64,000 nucleotides of DNA from Candidatus Multivoradales bacterium (GCA_965248055.1 CBDFIJ010000004.1:2272001-2336000); one strand, 5' to 3'. Counted from the stretch's first letter, positions 41,714 through 50,713 are shown. Made by a program: numbers and translations. The notes: generated from the letters alone by a model not told the origin.

Positions 41714-42427
41714 ATGACGACGGAATTGAAATACTACAGCGACCCATACTGCCAGGAGGTAGATACAATAGTCACCGCGATTGAAGACAAGGGGGGGCGT
41801 GCTGAGGTTGTGGTCGAGACAACTATTTTCTACCCCGAAGGCGGGGGGCAGCCAAGCGACAAGGGCGAGATCAAGGGACCGAACGGCACCCTCCGTGTGG
41901 ACAATGTTCGAGCCCAAGTAGGGGAAGTCACGCACGCTGGCGTGCTCGCTGGAAGGGTTGAAGTTGGCGATCCGGTACACCTCCACCTGAAGTGGAACTA
42001 CCGACTACGCAATATGCGAGTTCACGCTGCTGGTCACTTACTTCATGATGTACTCATGAGCTTGCAGGGAGGTCTCGAACCGCGCAAAGGTGCTCATGGC
42101 AAAAAAGCCTACCTTGAATACGCTGGCGAGATGACTACAGAGATTAAAGAGCAACTAGAAACGGCGATCGATGAGGCCATCAAGGCAGATCTGCCGATAT
42201 CGATGAGGGAGAGTTCCTACGAAGAGATCGTGGAGCAGTGTCGGTTCGTGCCGGATGGGCTTCCGCGAAACAAGCCACTCCGAGTACTCCAGATTGGCGA
42301 GTACGATCCCATGCCCGATGGAGGCGTGCATGTTGCGACAACGGGGGAGATCGGTGCGATAGTGATTCAGGACGTTCGTGTCGAGAATGGCGGGACATTC
42401 ATTCGCTACCGTGTCACAGGAGGGTAA
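41714..42427 (+). CDS. AlaX-M-like alanyl-tRNA editing protein (zinc-site Cys replaced by Asp)
   Basis: YYSDPY, TIFYPEGGGQPSDKG, HAAGH, PDGGVH in place of CGGTH. Confidence 0.88.
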   Translation: MTTELKYYSDPYCQEVDTIVTAIEDKGGRAEVVVETTIFYPEGGGQPSDKGEIKGPNGTLRVDNVRAQVGEVTHAGVLAGRVEVGDPVHLHLKWNYRLRNMRVHAAGHLLHDVLMSLQGGLEPRKGAHGKKAYLEYAGEMTTEIKEQLETAIDEAIKADLPISMRESSYEEIVEQCRFVPDGLPRNKPLRVLQIGEYDPMPDGGVHVATTGEIGAIVIQDVRVENGGTFIRYRVTGG

Positions 42428-42513
42428 GCTGCCATGATCTTTTCTACCTCACAAGGCTCTACCTTCTCAATCCCCTAGCTGCCTTCCTTGGTTAGGTTGC
42501 TCAGTCTCGGACG

Positions 42514-44337
42514 ATGCTGAATGTGAGAGGTCCTCCAATGACTATGATTCCAAATGTCTCAGTTCTGAATAGGAAAAAGGTACTTGTGCTCGGTGGCTAC
42601 GGGATGGTGGGGAGAGCTATCTGCCGGCTTCTGTTGGATCGCGGGCCAGCGGAAATCATCGTGCACTCACAATGGGAGCAAGATGCACTCGCGACCGCAG
42701 AATACCTGCGCAAGATTAGGGACGAACAGACCGGCAGTGCTGGAGCTACTCCTAAGGTGATTCCCTGCCACGGAGATGTCTTTGTCCGAGAGAGCTTCAA
42801 AGATCGCCCTCAATCAGAACTTCTGGCAGATGCAGAAACGCGAGCCGGCTTAATCGAAGATCTACTTGAAGACGTTACTCGCCAGAACGCAGACCGCGGG
42901 GCACTCTGGCGTTTGTTTGAAAAACACCGGCCGAATATCGTTATCGACTGCATCAATACGGCTACTGTCCTGGCCTATGGCAACGTTCACAAGGAAATGC
43001 AGTCTGTCTACAACGCGGTGTCAGACTCGACCATTCTGAGAGAAGAGCTGAAAGAACGCCTGGAGCTTCTTCTCTACAGTCTTCCCGTACCTAGGTTGGT
43101 TAAGCATATGCAGGAGCTGAACCAAGCAGTTCGTGATTTCAAGACAGAGATCTACGTAAAAATCGGCACCACCGGCACCGGAGGAATGGGGATCAATATC
43201 CCCTACACGCATGGAGAAGTGAAGCCTTCCAAGCAATTGATGGGCAAGACAGCGATGGCGGGAGCACACTCGCTGCTGCTGTATCTTCTGTATGCGTCAC
43301 CGGACCCCCCTATCACGCGGGAGATCAAGCCCAGCGCAGCGATAGCGTGGAAGGACATTCAGTTCGGCCAAGTTCGACAGGGCAGAAGGGTGATCGAGTT
43401 AGTTGATTGCCCATGCCCACTAGGCTGTGAGCGCGGCGACCACCTCGAGCGCGTACTCGACGGAGAGGAGGTCGAAACGGTGGTTGATGATGAGGGAGAG
43501 CCCGAGACTCTGCAGGCCGTCTATATAGATACGGGGGAGAACGGCATGTTCTCGCTCGAGGAGTTCCAGGCTATTACCACGCAGCGCCAGATGGAGTTCA
43601 TAACGCCGGAAGAAATTGCAGCAACGGTTGTGGATGAGATCTCAGGTCGCAGCACGGGGCATGACGTCCTGAGTGCGATCCGAACGTCGTCCATGGGACC
43701 CTCGTATCGGGCTGGTTTTCTTCGAGACGTAGCTATTCGGAGAGCGAGAGACCTAGTTCGTAAACACGCAAAGGACGGCGTGGCCTTCGAGTTTCTTGGG
43801 CCGCCGAAGCTCTCGAAATGGCTCTTTGAAGCATACCTGCTGAAGAAAGCGTTCTCGACGTTAGGCAATGTCGTCAAGTCGGAGCCAAAAACGCTCGTAG
43901 AGCGGTGCCTTGACCTAATTGAGAATGATCGAGACTTGAGAGCTCATATTCTCTCGATCGGGCTTCCGATTCTCCTTCCTGACGGCAAGCGCTACCTCCG
44001 AGGGAGGTCCATTTGTCACCCTGATTTTGGAGTCGAGGCTCGGTTGCCCATCGAGCAAGAAGAGCAAGTGGGTCAGTGGGCCGTCGAGGGATGGGTGGAC
44101 CTCCGAGAGGTGAACCTGTCCTGGTGGCGATCGCAGCTTCTTGAGCTGGTCAGAGAGATCGAGTCGATTCCAGAGACGGATCAGCATGCAGCTACCTCTT
44201 TTCATACCAGGACCAACGTCTTCTGGGGTGCGACCGAGGACAAGAGCAAGCTCCACGAACTAGAGTTGGACATAGGAGAGATCGTAGGCTGGCTCTTTGT
44301 TCGACTCGAAGGTGCGCGGCCAGGGCATGAGGACTGA
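42514..44337 (+). CDS. Large NAD(P)-binding Rossmann-fold oxidoreductase-like protein
   Basis: VLVLGGYGMVG, IDCINTAT, KIGTTGTGGMGINIPYTH, DTGENG; substrate unknown. Confidence 0.7.
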   Translation: MLNVRGPPMTMIPNVSVLNRKKVLVLGGYGMVGRAICRLLLDRGPAEIIVHSQWEQDALATAEYLRKIRDEQTGSAGATPKVIPCHGDVFVRESFKDRPQSELLADAETRAGLIEDLLEDVTRQNADRGALWRLFEKHRPNIVIDCINTATVLAYGNVHKEMQSVYNAVSDSTILREELKERLELLLYSLPVPRLVKHMQELNQAVRDFKTEIYVKIGTTGTGGMGINIPYTHGEVKPSKQLMGKTAMAGAHSLLLYLLYASPDPPITREIKPSAAIAWKDIQFGQVRQGRRVIELVDCPCPLGCERGDHLERVLDGEEVETVVDDEGEPETLQAVYIDTGENGMFSLEEFQAITTQRQMEFITPEEIAATVVDEISGRSTGHDVLSAIRTSSMGPSYRAGFLRDVAIRRARDLVRKHAKDGVAFEFLGPPKLSKWLFEAYLLKKAFSTLGNVVKSEPKTLVERCLDLIENDRDLRAHILSIGLPILLPDGKRYLRGRSICHPDFGVEARLPIEQEEQVGQWAVEGWVDLREVNLSWWRSQLLELVREIESIPETDQHAATSFHTRTNVFWGATEDKSKLHELELDIGEIVGWLFVRLEGARPGHED

Positions 44338-44465
44338 GACACGACTGAATTCATCTAGACCGCCAGCGATGGGCGTGGAGAGAACGGGGATCGTCCAATC
44401 ACGGATTCAACGGCGAGAGAGATTGCTCCATGGCGCGTGCCGAAGACCGAAGAGGACCGAGGAAA

Positions 44466-45149
44466 ATGCCGACTGAGAGGCTCTTCTACGCTAGCCAGGC
44501 CATAGCCGGTGAAGCCGTAGTCACAGGTGTTGAAAGCGGAGGTGAGAATGCGAAGGTCTGGCTGAATGCGACCATATTCCATCCGCTCGGCGGCGGTCAG
44601 AGAGCGGATGAAGGACGGATTGGCGATGCTCAAGTCCTCCATGTCTGGGACGACGGAGACGACATCGTGCACGTTGTTGACTGTGTTCGTGATCTGAAGA
44701 TCGGAGATCGAGTACAGCTAGAGGTTGAGGAGGATGCGAGAAGGCTCCACGAGCGCCTTCACTCAGCCGGTCATCTACTGGCGGCGGTGACCAAGGATTT
44801 GATTCCTCATGCCAACACCGTCTGCAAGCACCATTGGCCGAAGGAGGCGTACATGGTGTTCGCCGTCGGCGAGTCCGTTCCCCAAGATAGCCTTAAGAGA
44901 AGACTGGAAGAGGCTCTTCTTGAGCAGATCGAGCAGGCACTGCCAATTCATGCGACTGGCGATGAGTCCACGACACGGGCGATTACGATTACCGGCTACT
45001 CCGCTGTTCTGTGTCGTGGGACACACGTTCAGGCGACCGATGCGCTGGTTCGCGTGAGCGTCCGTTCCATTGACCAGGGGAGCGGAGTGCTGTGCGTTGG
45101 ATACGACGTTCCGCTCGTGACTCCCTCGCGAGAACCCTGGTATGCGTAG
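44466..45149 (+). CDS. Second AlaX-like alanyl-tRNA editing protein
   Basis: TIFHPLGGGQRADEG, HSAGH, CRGTH; listed ORF starts at 44430. Confidence 0.85.
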   Translation: MPTERLFYASQAIAGEAVVTGVESGGENAKVWLNATIFHPLGGGQRADEGRIGDAQVLHVWDDGDDIVHVVDCVRDLKIGDRVQLEVEEDARRLHERLHSAGHLLAAVTKDLIPHANTVCKHHWPKEAYMVFAVGESVPQDSLKRRLEEALLEQIEQALPIHATGDESTTRAITITGYSAVLCRGTHVQATDALVRVSVRSIDQGSGVLCVGYDVPLVTPSREPWYA

Positions 45150-45182
45150 CACCAGGTTCCGCAAGCCAGCACACGAGGCAAG

Positions 45183-46217
45183 ATGCACGATCTAGAAGAC
45201 ATACACGTCTCGGGGCTTGAGAGAGTGGCCGCGGCTGACTCCCCAGAGTCACTACAAGAAGTGCGATCGGCGCTGATCGGACCGAAGGGCGAGATCGCTG
45301 GTCTGTTTAAAGAGCTGTCTTCAGTGCCCGCTTCCGATCGCAAGTCTCTTGGACGATTACTCAACGAGACCAAGAAGAAATGGGAGGCTGCGATCGCGGA
45401 GCGGCGAGAGTCGATACTTGATGCAGCCTCGGTGATTTCCGAAGGCTTTGACGTCACTCAACCCGGACGACGCCCAGCAACGGGCGGGCTGCACCCGATT
45501 ATTCAGATCATCTACGACTTGAACGATGCTTTTCGTTCGCTTAACTTCGAGCTTTACGAAGGCCCGGAAATCTCGAGTGAGCTCTTCGCGTTCGACGTGC
45601 TTAACTTCCCACCCGATCACCCAGCACGTGAGAGCATGGACACCTATTGGCTTGACGGAGACTCGGATAAGCGCGGCGCAGAGCGGCTCTGTCTGCGACC
45701 ACACTTGACTGGCGGAAGTGTGCGCTATATGCGCACCCACACACCACCCTTTCGCTTTGTCTATCCGGGTCGCGTCTACCGAAATGAGTCGACCGATGCG
45801 AGCCACGAGCGTGCCTTCTTCCAGTATGAAGCTTTGATTGTTGATAGACGGGTTCCATTTTCGGCAGGCCAGGTCATGGTTAACGCGGTTCTTGAAACTG
45901 TCTTTGGCCGAGCAGTTAAGACACGACTGCGTACGGGGTTCTTTCCGTTTGTTGAGCCGGGCTTCGAAATCGATATGCAGTGCCTCGGTTGCGAAGGCTC
46001 CGGCTGCAGTATTTGCAAGCGTGTTGGTTGGTTAGAAGTCATGCCAGGTGGACCGCCACATCCCAATGTTCTCCGAAAGGGAGGCCTCGATCCCAGCAAG
46101 TGGGAAGGCTTCTACGTCAACGTCGGGCTCGATCGACTAGCGATGATGCGATACGGCATCAATGATGTGCGGCTTTTCCACAGTGCCGATTTACGTTTCC
46201 TCTCGCAGTTCAAATAG
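45183..46217 (+). CDS. pheS: Phenylalanyl-tRNA synthetase alpha subunit paralog with divergent active site
   Basis: GGLHP, FDVLNFPPDHPAR, PGRVYRNE, FFPFVEPG, CxxCxxxGCxxC, GLDRLAM, DLRFLSQF. Confidence 0.9.
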   Translation: MHDLEDIHVSGLERVAAADSPESLQEVRSALIGPKGEIAGLFKELSSVPASDRKSLGRLLNETKKKWEAAIAERRESILDAASVISEGFDVTQPGRRPATGGLHPIIQIIYDLNDAFRSLNFELYEGPEISSELFAFDVLNFPPDHPARESMDTYWLDGDSDKRGAERLCLRPHLTGGSVRYMRTHTPPFRFVYPGRVYRNESTDASHERAFFQYEALIVDRRVPFSAGQVMVNAVLETVFGRAVKTRLRTGFFPFVEPGFEIDMQCLGCEGSGCSICKRVGWLEVMPGGPPHPNVLRKGGLDPSKWEGFYVNVGLDRLAMMRYGINDVRLFHSADLRFLSQFK

Positions 46218-46226
46218 GGCTGAACT

Positions 46227-48653
46227 TTGAGACTCTCTCTTGATTGGGTCGCGGATTATGTAGAGTTGCCTCCGGAACTGAGTGCGGAGGACATCGCGTA
46301 CGCTCTTACGATGGCGACAGTGGAAGTCGAGCAGATCGTCCGACTCGCCAAGCCGCTTGAGCACGTCCGTGTTGCACGGGTGGAGAGCGTCGAACGCCAT
46401 CCAAAAGCGGATCGGCTGTCTGTGGTGCGCTGCAGCATCGGAGACGGCAAAACCGTTGAAGTGGTCTGCGGCGGCACGAACTTGACGCGGCAACAGCTCG
46501 TCGCTCTCGCATTGCCTGGTGCGACAGTGCGCTCTCGCAGCGGCCACGACCAAGTCGCTGTGGTTGAGCGTGAGATCCACGGCGTGGTGAGCTCGGGGAT
46601 GGTGTGTGCCGCTTCCGAACTCGATCTTGAACAACTGTTCACGCCGGGCAGCGAGACCAACGTTATGGACCTTTCTGAACTCGACGTGCGGCCCGGTCAA
46701 GGTCTGGCCGCAGTGATCGGCTTTGACGACGTGGTCCTCGAGATCGACAATAGATCCCTCACTAACCGGCCCGACCTACTCGGACACCGCGGTCTGGCGC
46801 GCGAACTCGCAGCGATCTACGCGCGGCCTCTTGAGTCACTACCGAGGTTTCGGCCTCCCGGGATCGCAGGTGATCTCGCGGTCGACATCGAGGATCCAAG
46901 CCAATGCCGTCGCTACACCGCGACCTGGATCGAAGGTGTGACGGCTACGCCGTCGCCATTCTGGCTACGGAGCCGGCTTGTGCGGGCTGGTCAGCGCCCT
47001 ATCAATCTACCAGTCGATTTGACGAATTACGTCATGCTCGCGCTCGGCCAGCCGAGCCATGCTTTCGATACCGAGCAACTCCGCGGCGCGATCCAGGTTC
47101 GTCGAGCCCGGTACGGCGAGACGTTGGGGCTATTAGATGGTGGAGCGGTGGGGCTTGATGAAAACAGCTTGGTCATCGCTGACGAACGACGTCCAGTTGC
47201 ACTCGCTGGGGTGATGGGCGGTGTCGGCTCCTCAATTTCGAACAAGACGTTGCACATGGTTCTCGAAATAGCAAACTTCGAACCAAGTGGCATTCGGCGA
47301 ACAGCTTCCCGTATGAGCGTGCGTACTGAGAGTTCACGTCGCTTCGACAAAGGCCTCGACCCTAAGCTGGTAGAAGATGCGCTTGCTCTTTTTTTCGATG
47401 TCCTTTCACGAGCGCTACCGGACGCAAGGGCTACCGGATTTGTAGATAACTATCCGGCTCCGTTCGATCCTGTTTTAGTCGAGACGACGGTTGGTTTCAT
47501 TAATCGTCGTTTGGGAGCGTCGCATTCGCAGAGCGAGATTTGTGAAGTGCTTGGACGGCTGGGATTCGACGTGTCCGCAGAGGGTAGCAATCTAGCTGTT
47601 AACGTTCCGTCATGGAGGGCGACCGGAGACGTCTCGTTGCCGGAGGACCTTGTAGAAGAAGTTGGTCGGCTGTTCGGCTACGAGAACCTCGACTTCCAAC
47701 CTCCACAAGTCTATCTAGAGCGCGCAATCCGGCAACCAAAGCTGAGCCTTGATCGTCGCGTCCGAGAGTATCTTGCTGGCCCAGCGGCCATGCAGGAGAT
47801 CGCTAGCTATCCGTGGGTGGAGGATCGTTACCTAGATGCGGTTGGGGCAACGCCACCCCTCCGATTGGTTACCCCTCCAGCACCTACTGCTCATCGGCTG
47901 CAGTCGTCCTTAATTCCGCAGATGTTGTCTGCAGTTGTCTCGAATCTTCGCTTTCTACGGGAGTTTCGACTATTCGAGATGGCGCGGGTTTTTCCTACTC
48001 GGTCCATCGAGCGGCTTGACGAGCACGGAGAGAGACTGCCATATCAGCCCAAGTACGTTGCAGCTGCGCTAGTCGGCAACGACCCCGCCAGACTTTTCCT
48101 GGAAGCGAAAGGCGTCCTCGAGAGTCTTGGTAGGGAGGTGCAAATGGAGCCGCTCAGCCTGTCTACCGATTCTTGCAGTGCATCGTGGGCGGAGCTGACC
48201 GCTCAGATGACTATCAGCTTCGGCGAGCAAGTCATCGGGTGTATGGGTTTGGTCTCAGCGAGGACGATGCGTCTCTCAGGAATCAGGCGCGCACGGGCTG
48301 CGCTGTTTGAGTTTGGACTGGACCTCCTTCGACCGCATCCCTCCCGAGAAAACATCTTCGAACCGATTCCAACTTATCCCCAGAAGGAGTACGATCTCTC
48401 GCTACTCATCCCAGTACACGTCAAATGGACTGATCTTCATCGAACGATGACGGAGGCTCATGAGCTAGTACGGAGCGTTCGTCTAGTTGAGGAGTACGTC
48501 GGCGACCAGGTCCCAGCAGGCAAGAGGTCACTCCTCGTACGCGTAACGATGGGTGCTGCGACCCGCACCCTCGAAGCCAAAGACGTCGATATGGCTGCCT
48601 CTGCTATACTAAAGCGTGCGAATGAAGAATTTGGTGCGGAGCTTCGCAGCTAG
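46227..48653 (+). CDS. pheT: Phenylalanyl-tRNA synthetase beta subunit (full length: B2 OB fold, B3/4, B5, FDX-ACB)
   Basis: HPKADRL, LTNRPDL, VDLTNYVM..GQPSHAFD, LAGVMGG, EDLVEEVGR, C-terminal GAELR. Confidence 0.93.
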   Translation: MRLSLDWVADYVELPPELSAEDIAYALTMATVEVEQIVRLAKPLEHVRVARVESVERHPKADRLSVVRCSIGDGKTVEVVCGGTNLTRQQLVALALPGATVRSRSGHDQVAVVEREIHGVVSSGMVCAASELDLEQLFTPGSETNVMDLSELDVRPGQGLAAVIGFDDVVLEIDNRSLTNRPDLLGHRGLARELAAIYARPLESLPRFRPPGIAGDLAVDIEDPSQCRRYTATWIEGVTATPSPFWLRSRLVRAGQRPINLPVDLTNYVMLALGQPSHAFDTEQLRGAIQVRRARYGETLGLLDGGAVGLDENSLVIADERRPVALAGVMGGVGSSISNKTLHMVLEIANFEPSGIRRTASRMSVRTESSRRFDKGLDPKLVEDALALFFDVLSRALPDARATGFVDNYPAPFDPVLVETTVGFINRRLGASHSQSEICEVLGRLGFDVSAEGSNLAVNVPSWRATGDVSLPEDLVEEVGRLFGYENLDFQPPQVYLERAIRQPKLSLDRRVREYLAGPAAMQEIASYPWVEDRYLDAVGATPPLRLVTPPAPTAHRLQSSLIPQMLSAVVSNLRFLREFRLFEMARVFPTRSIERLDEHGERLPYQPKYVAAALVGNDPARLFLEAKGVLESLGREVQMEPLSLSTDSCSASWAELTAQMTISFGEQVIGCMGLVSARTMRLSGIRRARAALFEFGLDLLRPHPSRENIFEPIPTYPQKEYDLSLLIPVHVKWTDLHRTMTEAHELVRSVRLVEEYVGDQVPAGKRSLLVRVTMGAATRTLEAKDVDMAASAILKRANEEFGAELRS

Positions 48654-48753
48654 CGCTTCGAGTTTGCTCAGTGGTGGCGGCTATGCTCCAATGCGATGGA
48701 TTGCCTAGGGAATTGAATGCAACTCCACATTTGGCGTAAGGGAGGAACCGGAG

Positions 48754-50418
48754 ATGCCGAGAAAACGCGTTCGCCTACTACTATCGTTGTTTCTGACCAC
48801 GAGTACGGGAAGAGGTACGAGAAAAGGACTCTTGGCTTCGGTTCTATTCTTGACTTCGATGCCAGTACAAGGGCACTGTATTTGGAGTCATCCGGGGCAC
48901 TGCCTCAAAGATGTGGTCGAAGCGCCCGTGAGGATACCCACCGAGGTCGCCAAAGAGATCGGTAAGCAACTCGAGAAGGTCGACGGAGGCGTGGGCGAGG
49001 TGGGGGGTGCTATTGCTAAGGCGGCCGGTGACGTGCAGAAGACGCACTCGAAAGCGATAGACGATGTTTCTAGGACAATCGAGAAGGCCGGGCAGGATGT
49101 TGACGCCACTCTGCGCAAGGCTGGTGAGGACATCGATGCGACGCTGAGAAAGGCTGGCAAGGATGTCAACGATGCGGCAATAGCGATCGGGCACTTTCTG
49201 GAACGCGAGGCCCAGGGGGTTGGCGACACTTTGTCAGACGCTGAGAAGAGGGTTCGCGAAGGCAAGTTCATCGATGCGATCTGGCATCTTGGTACTGACC
49301 CGGCTAGGCGCTCAGAGGAGAACGCCGCGAAGTTGGCTCAGGAGAGCTCGCTAGTTAACGCACTCGCTCAAGTGGCCGCGTCCGCCTATGGGGGCCCGGG
49401 AGGGGCGGCGGCATACGCAGCCTGGTACACGTATCGTGCAACAGGCGATGTAGAGATGGCGTTGCGTGTGGGCATGATGGTTGGCGTGACCTCAGCGGCC
49501 GTCGGAGCGGCGGGTGAGTTGCCGACTGGCACGAGCGGAGAGTTGGCGAAGAAGGCGGCCGTTACTGGAGCCATCGGCGGGATTGGCGTTGCAGCGAGTG
49601 GTGGCGACGAGGACGCTATTTTCGAGGGTTTTCTAAAGTCCGGTGGCATGGTGTTGGTCCAAGACGGCTACGAGAGCTATACGAAACATGACATTGATCC
49701 TCGTGGCGCACAGGGCGACAGCTATTGCGTTATGACAATGGGCGCGGAATGTTCTCCCCCTTCCGAGGCGTACCTAAGAGACGAGAGTGGAGCGCTTGTT
49801 CGAGACGAGAACGGCGTGCCCAAAGTCGACATGCAGTACCTGGAGGCTCGCCGCCCTCACGTGGGGATCGGTTCACCAAAGGACGCAACGGGACTGGTAC
49901 ACGAGCTTGTGGAAGAAGGCGGAGTAGTGATGGACTCCGTCGCCAAGATAGTCCCTGTTACTAACGCGGGTTCCGTCTTCCACGACCAGTGGGCGATACA
50001 GTGGAACATGAGCCGCGCCACCAACTTGGCAACGATCGCTCCGGCAATGGTCATGACGTACTACGGCACTGACGGGGCGATCAATGACTTGATACGGTCC
50101 ACCGCTCTGGATCGACAAGAGGATAGTGCCGACGAGGCGACCAAAGCCGGGGCCGGAGTCCCTCAGACGACGCAAGTAGAGTCATCGGTTGGACTAACCC
50201 ATCACGCCTTCCGGTGCTTCAACGGGGAGCTGGCGAGGGTCATTCAGGTCGACGAACTAGATAACAAGGCGCATAGCGTGTGTCGAGTGATCTATTCAAG
50301 CGAGAAGGGTGTGAGTACGCCCTGGTATGCTAAGTTCAACGCTGACTATTGCTTGCCCAAAGCGATTGAGCTTGTGAACAAGCAAGCGAACTGGGGCTGG
50401 TCCTGCTTCAGGCTCTAG
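48754..50418 (+). CDS. Secreted/membrane hypothetical protein with 11-aa amphipathic repeats, Gly/Ala-rich segments and a Cys-rich C-terminal domain
   Basis: GGAGG RBS; KAGQDVDATLR/KAGEDIDATLR repeats; C-terminal C..C..C..WGWSC. Confidence 0.65.
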   Translation: MPRKRVRLLLSLFLTTSTGRGTRKGLLASVLFLTSMPVQGHCIWSHPGHCLKDVVEAPVRIPTEVAKEIGKQLEKVDGGVGEVGGAIAKAAGDVQKTHSKAIDDVSRTIEKAGQDVDATLRKAGEDIDATLRKAGKDVNDAAIAIGHFLEREAQGVGDTLSDAEKRVREGKFIDAIWHLGTDPARRSEENAAKLAQESSLVNALAQVAASAYGGPGGAAAYAAWYTYRATGDVEMALRVGMMVGVTSAAVGAAGELPTGTSGELAKKAAVTGAIGGIGVAASGGDEDAIFEGFLKSGGMVLVQDGYESYTKHDIDPRGAQGDSYCVMTMGAECSPPSEAYLRDESGALVRDENGVPKVDMQYLEARRPHVGIGSPKDATGLVHELVEEGGVVMDSVAKIVPVTNAGSVFHDQWAIQWNMSRATNLATIAPAMVMTYYGTDGAINDLIRSTALDRQEDSADEATKAGAGVPQTTQVESSVGLTHHAFRCFNGELARVIQVDELDNKAHSVCRVIYSSEKGVSTPWYAKFNADYCLPKAIELVNKQANWGWSCFRL

Positions 50419-50474
50419 GATCACCAAGCGAAGCCGTTGGGCTCGCCCCTGGGCACACTTGCCCAATCAGCAGA

Positions 50475-50600
50475 TTACGACGCCTTGGCAAAGTGCAAGA
50501 TCGATTGCATGATCTTGTTTAACGTTGCAAAAGTTCGACTCGTGTTCTGGTCAGAGCACACTTGCACAAGACGCAAATCATGACGTCTTGACGACATGAA
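50475..50600 (-). pseudogene. Orphan 3' end of a serine recombinase gene
   Basis: VCSDQNTSRTFATLNKIMQSI matches the C-terminus of the 53138-54646 product (VCSDQNTARTKRALNNILQTI). Confidence 0.65.
50541..50561. repeat. att-like direct repeat, copy 1: CGTGTTCTGGTCAGAGCACAC
   Basis: Identical to 53204-53224; imperfect palindrome around a central GT. Confidence 0.75.
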
Positions 50601-50713
50601 GGCAGCTCTGTTGAGCTGTCTTGCTCGTCTACGTGTCTTGGTGCCCAAAGAACCACACACCAGGATTCGAACTGCATACTGGGTTCCATTACCAGTTAGT
50701 TAACGTAACGAGT

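Noticed and set aside
45942-45962. Val in FPFVEP (E. coli T251 position) as a specificity change
   Set aside because: Val occurs naturally at this position in canonical PheS such as T. thermophilus, so it is not diagnostic.
45183-48653. Ordinary housekeeping pheST locus
   Set aside because: Island context, no rpmI/rplT/ihfA neighbours and non-consensus pocket motifs; it cannot be fully excluded without the rest of the genome.
38935-48753. Dedicated tRNA or T-box/attenuator for the pheST paralog
   Set aside because: By eye, no cloverleaf, T-arm GTTCGA in a proper context or Phe-rich leader in the intergenic gaps; needs tRNAscan/Infernal to exclude fully.
49015-49170. CRISPR-like or DNA-level tandem array
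   Set aside because: 33-nt periodic degenerate coding repeats without spacers; no cas genes in the window.
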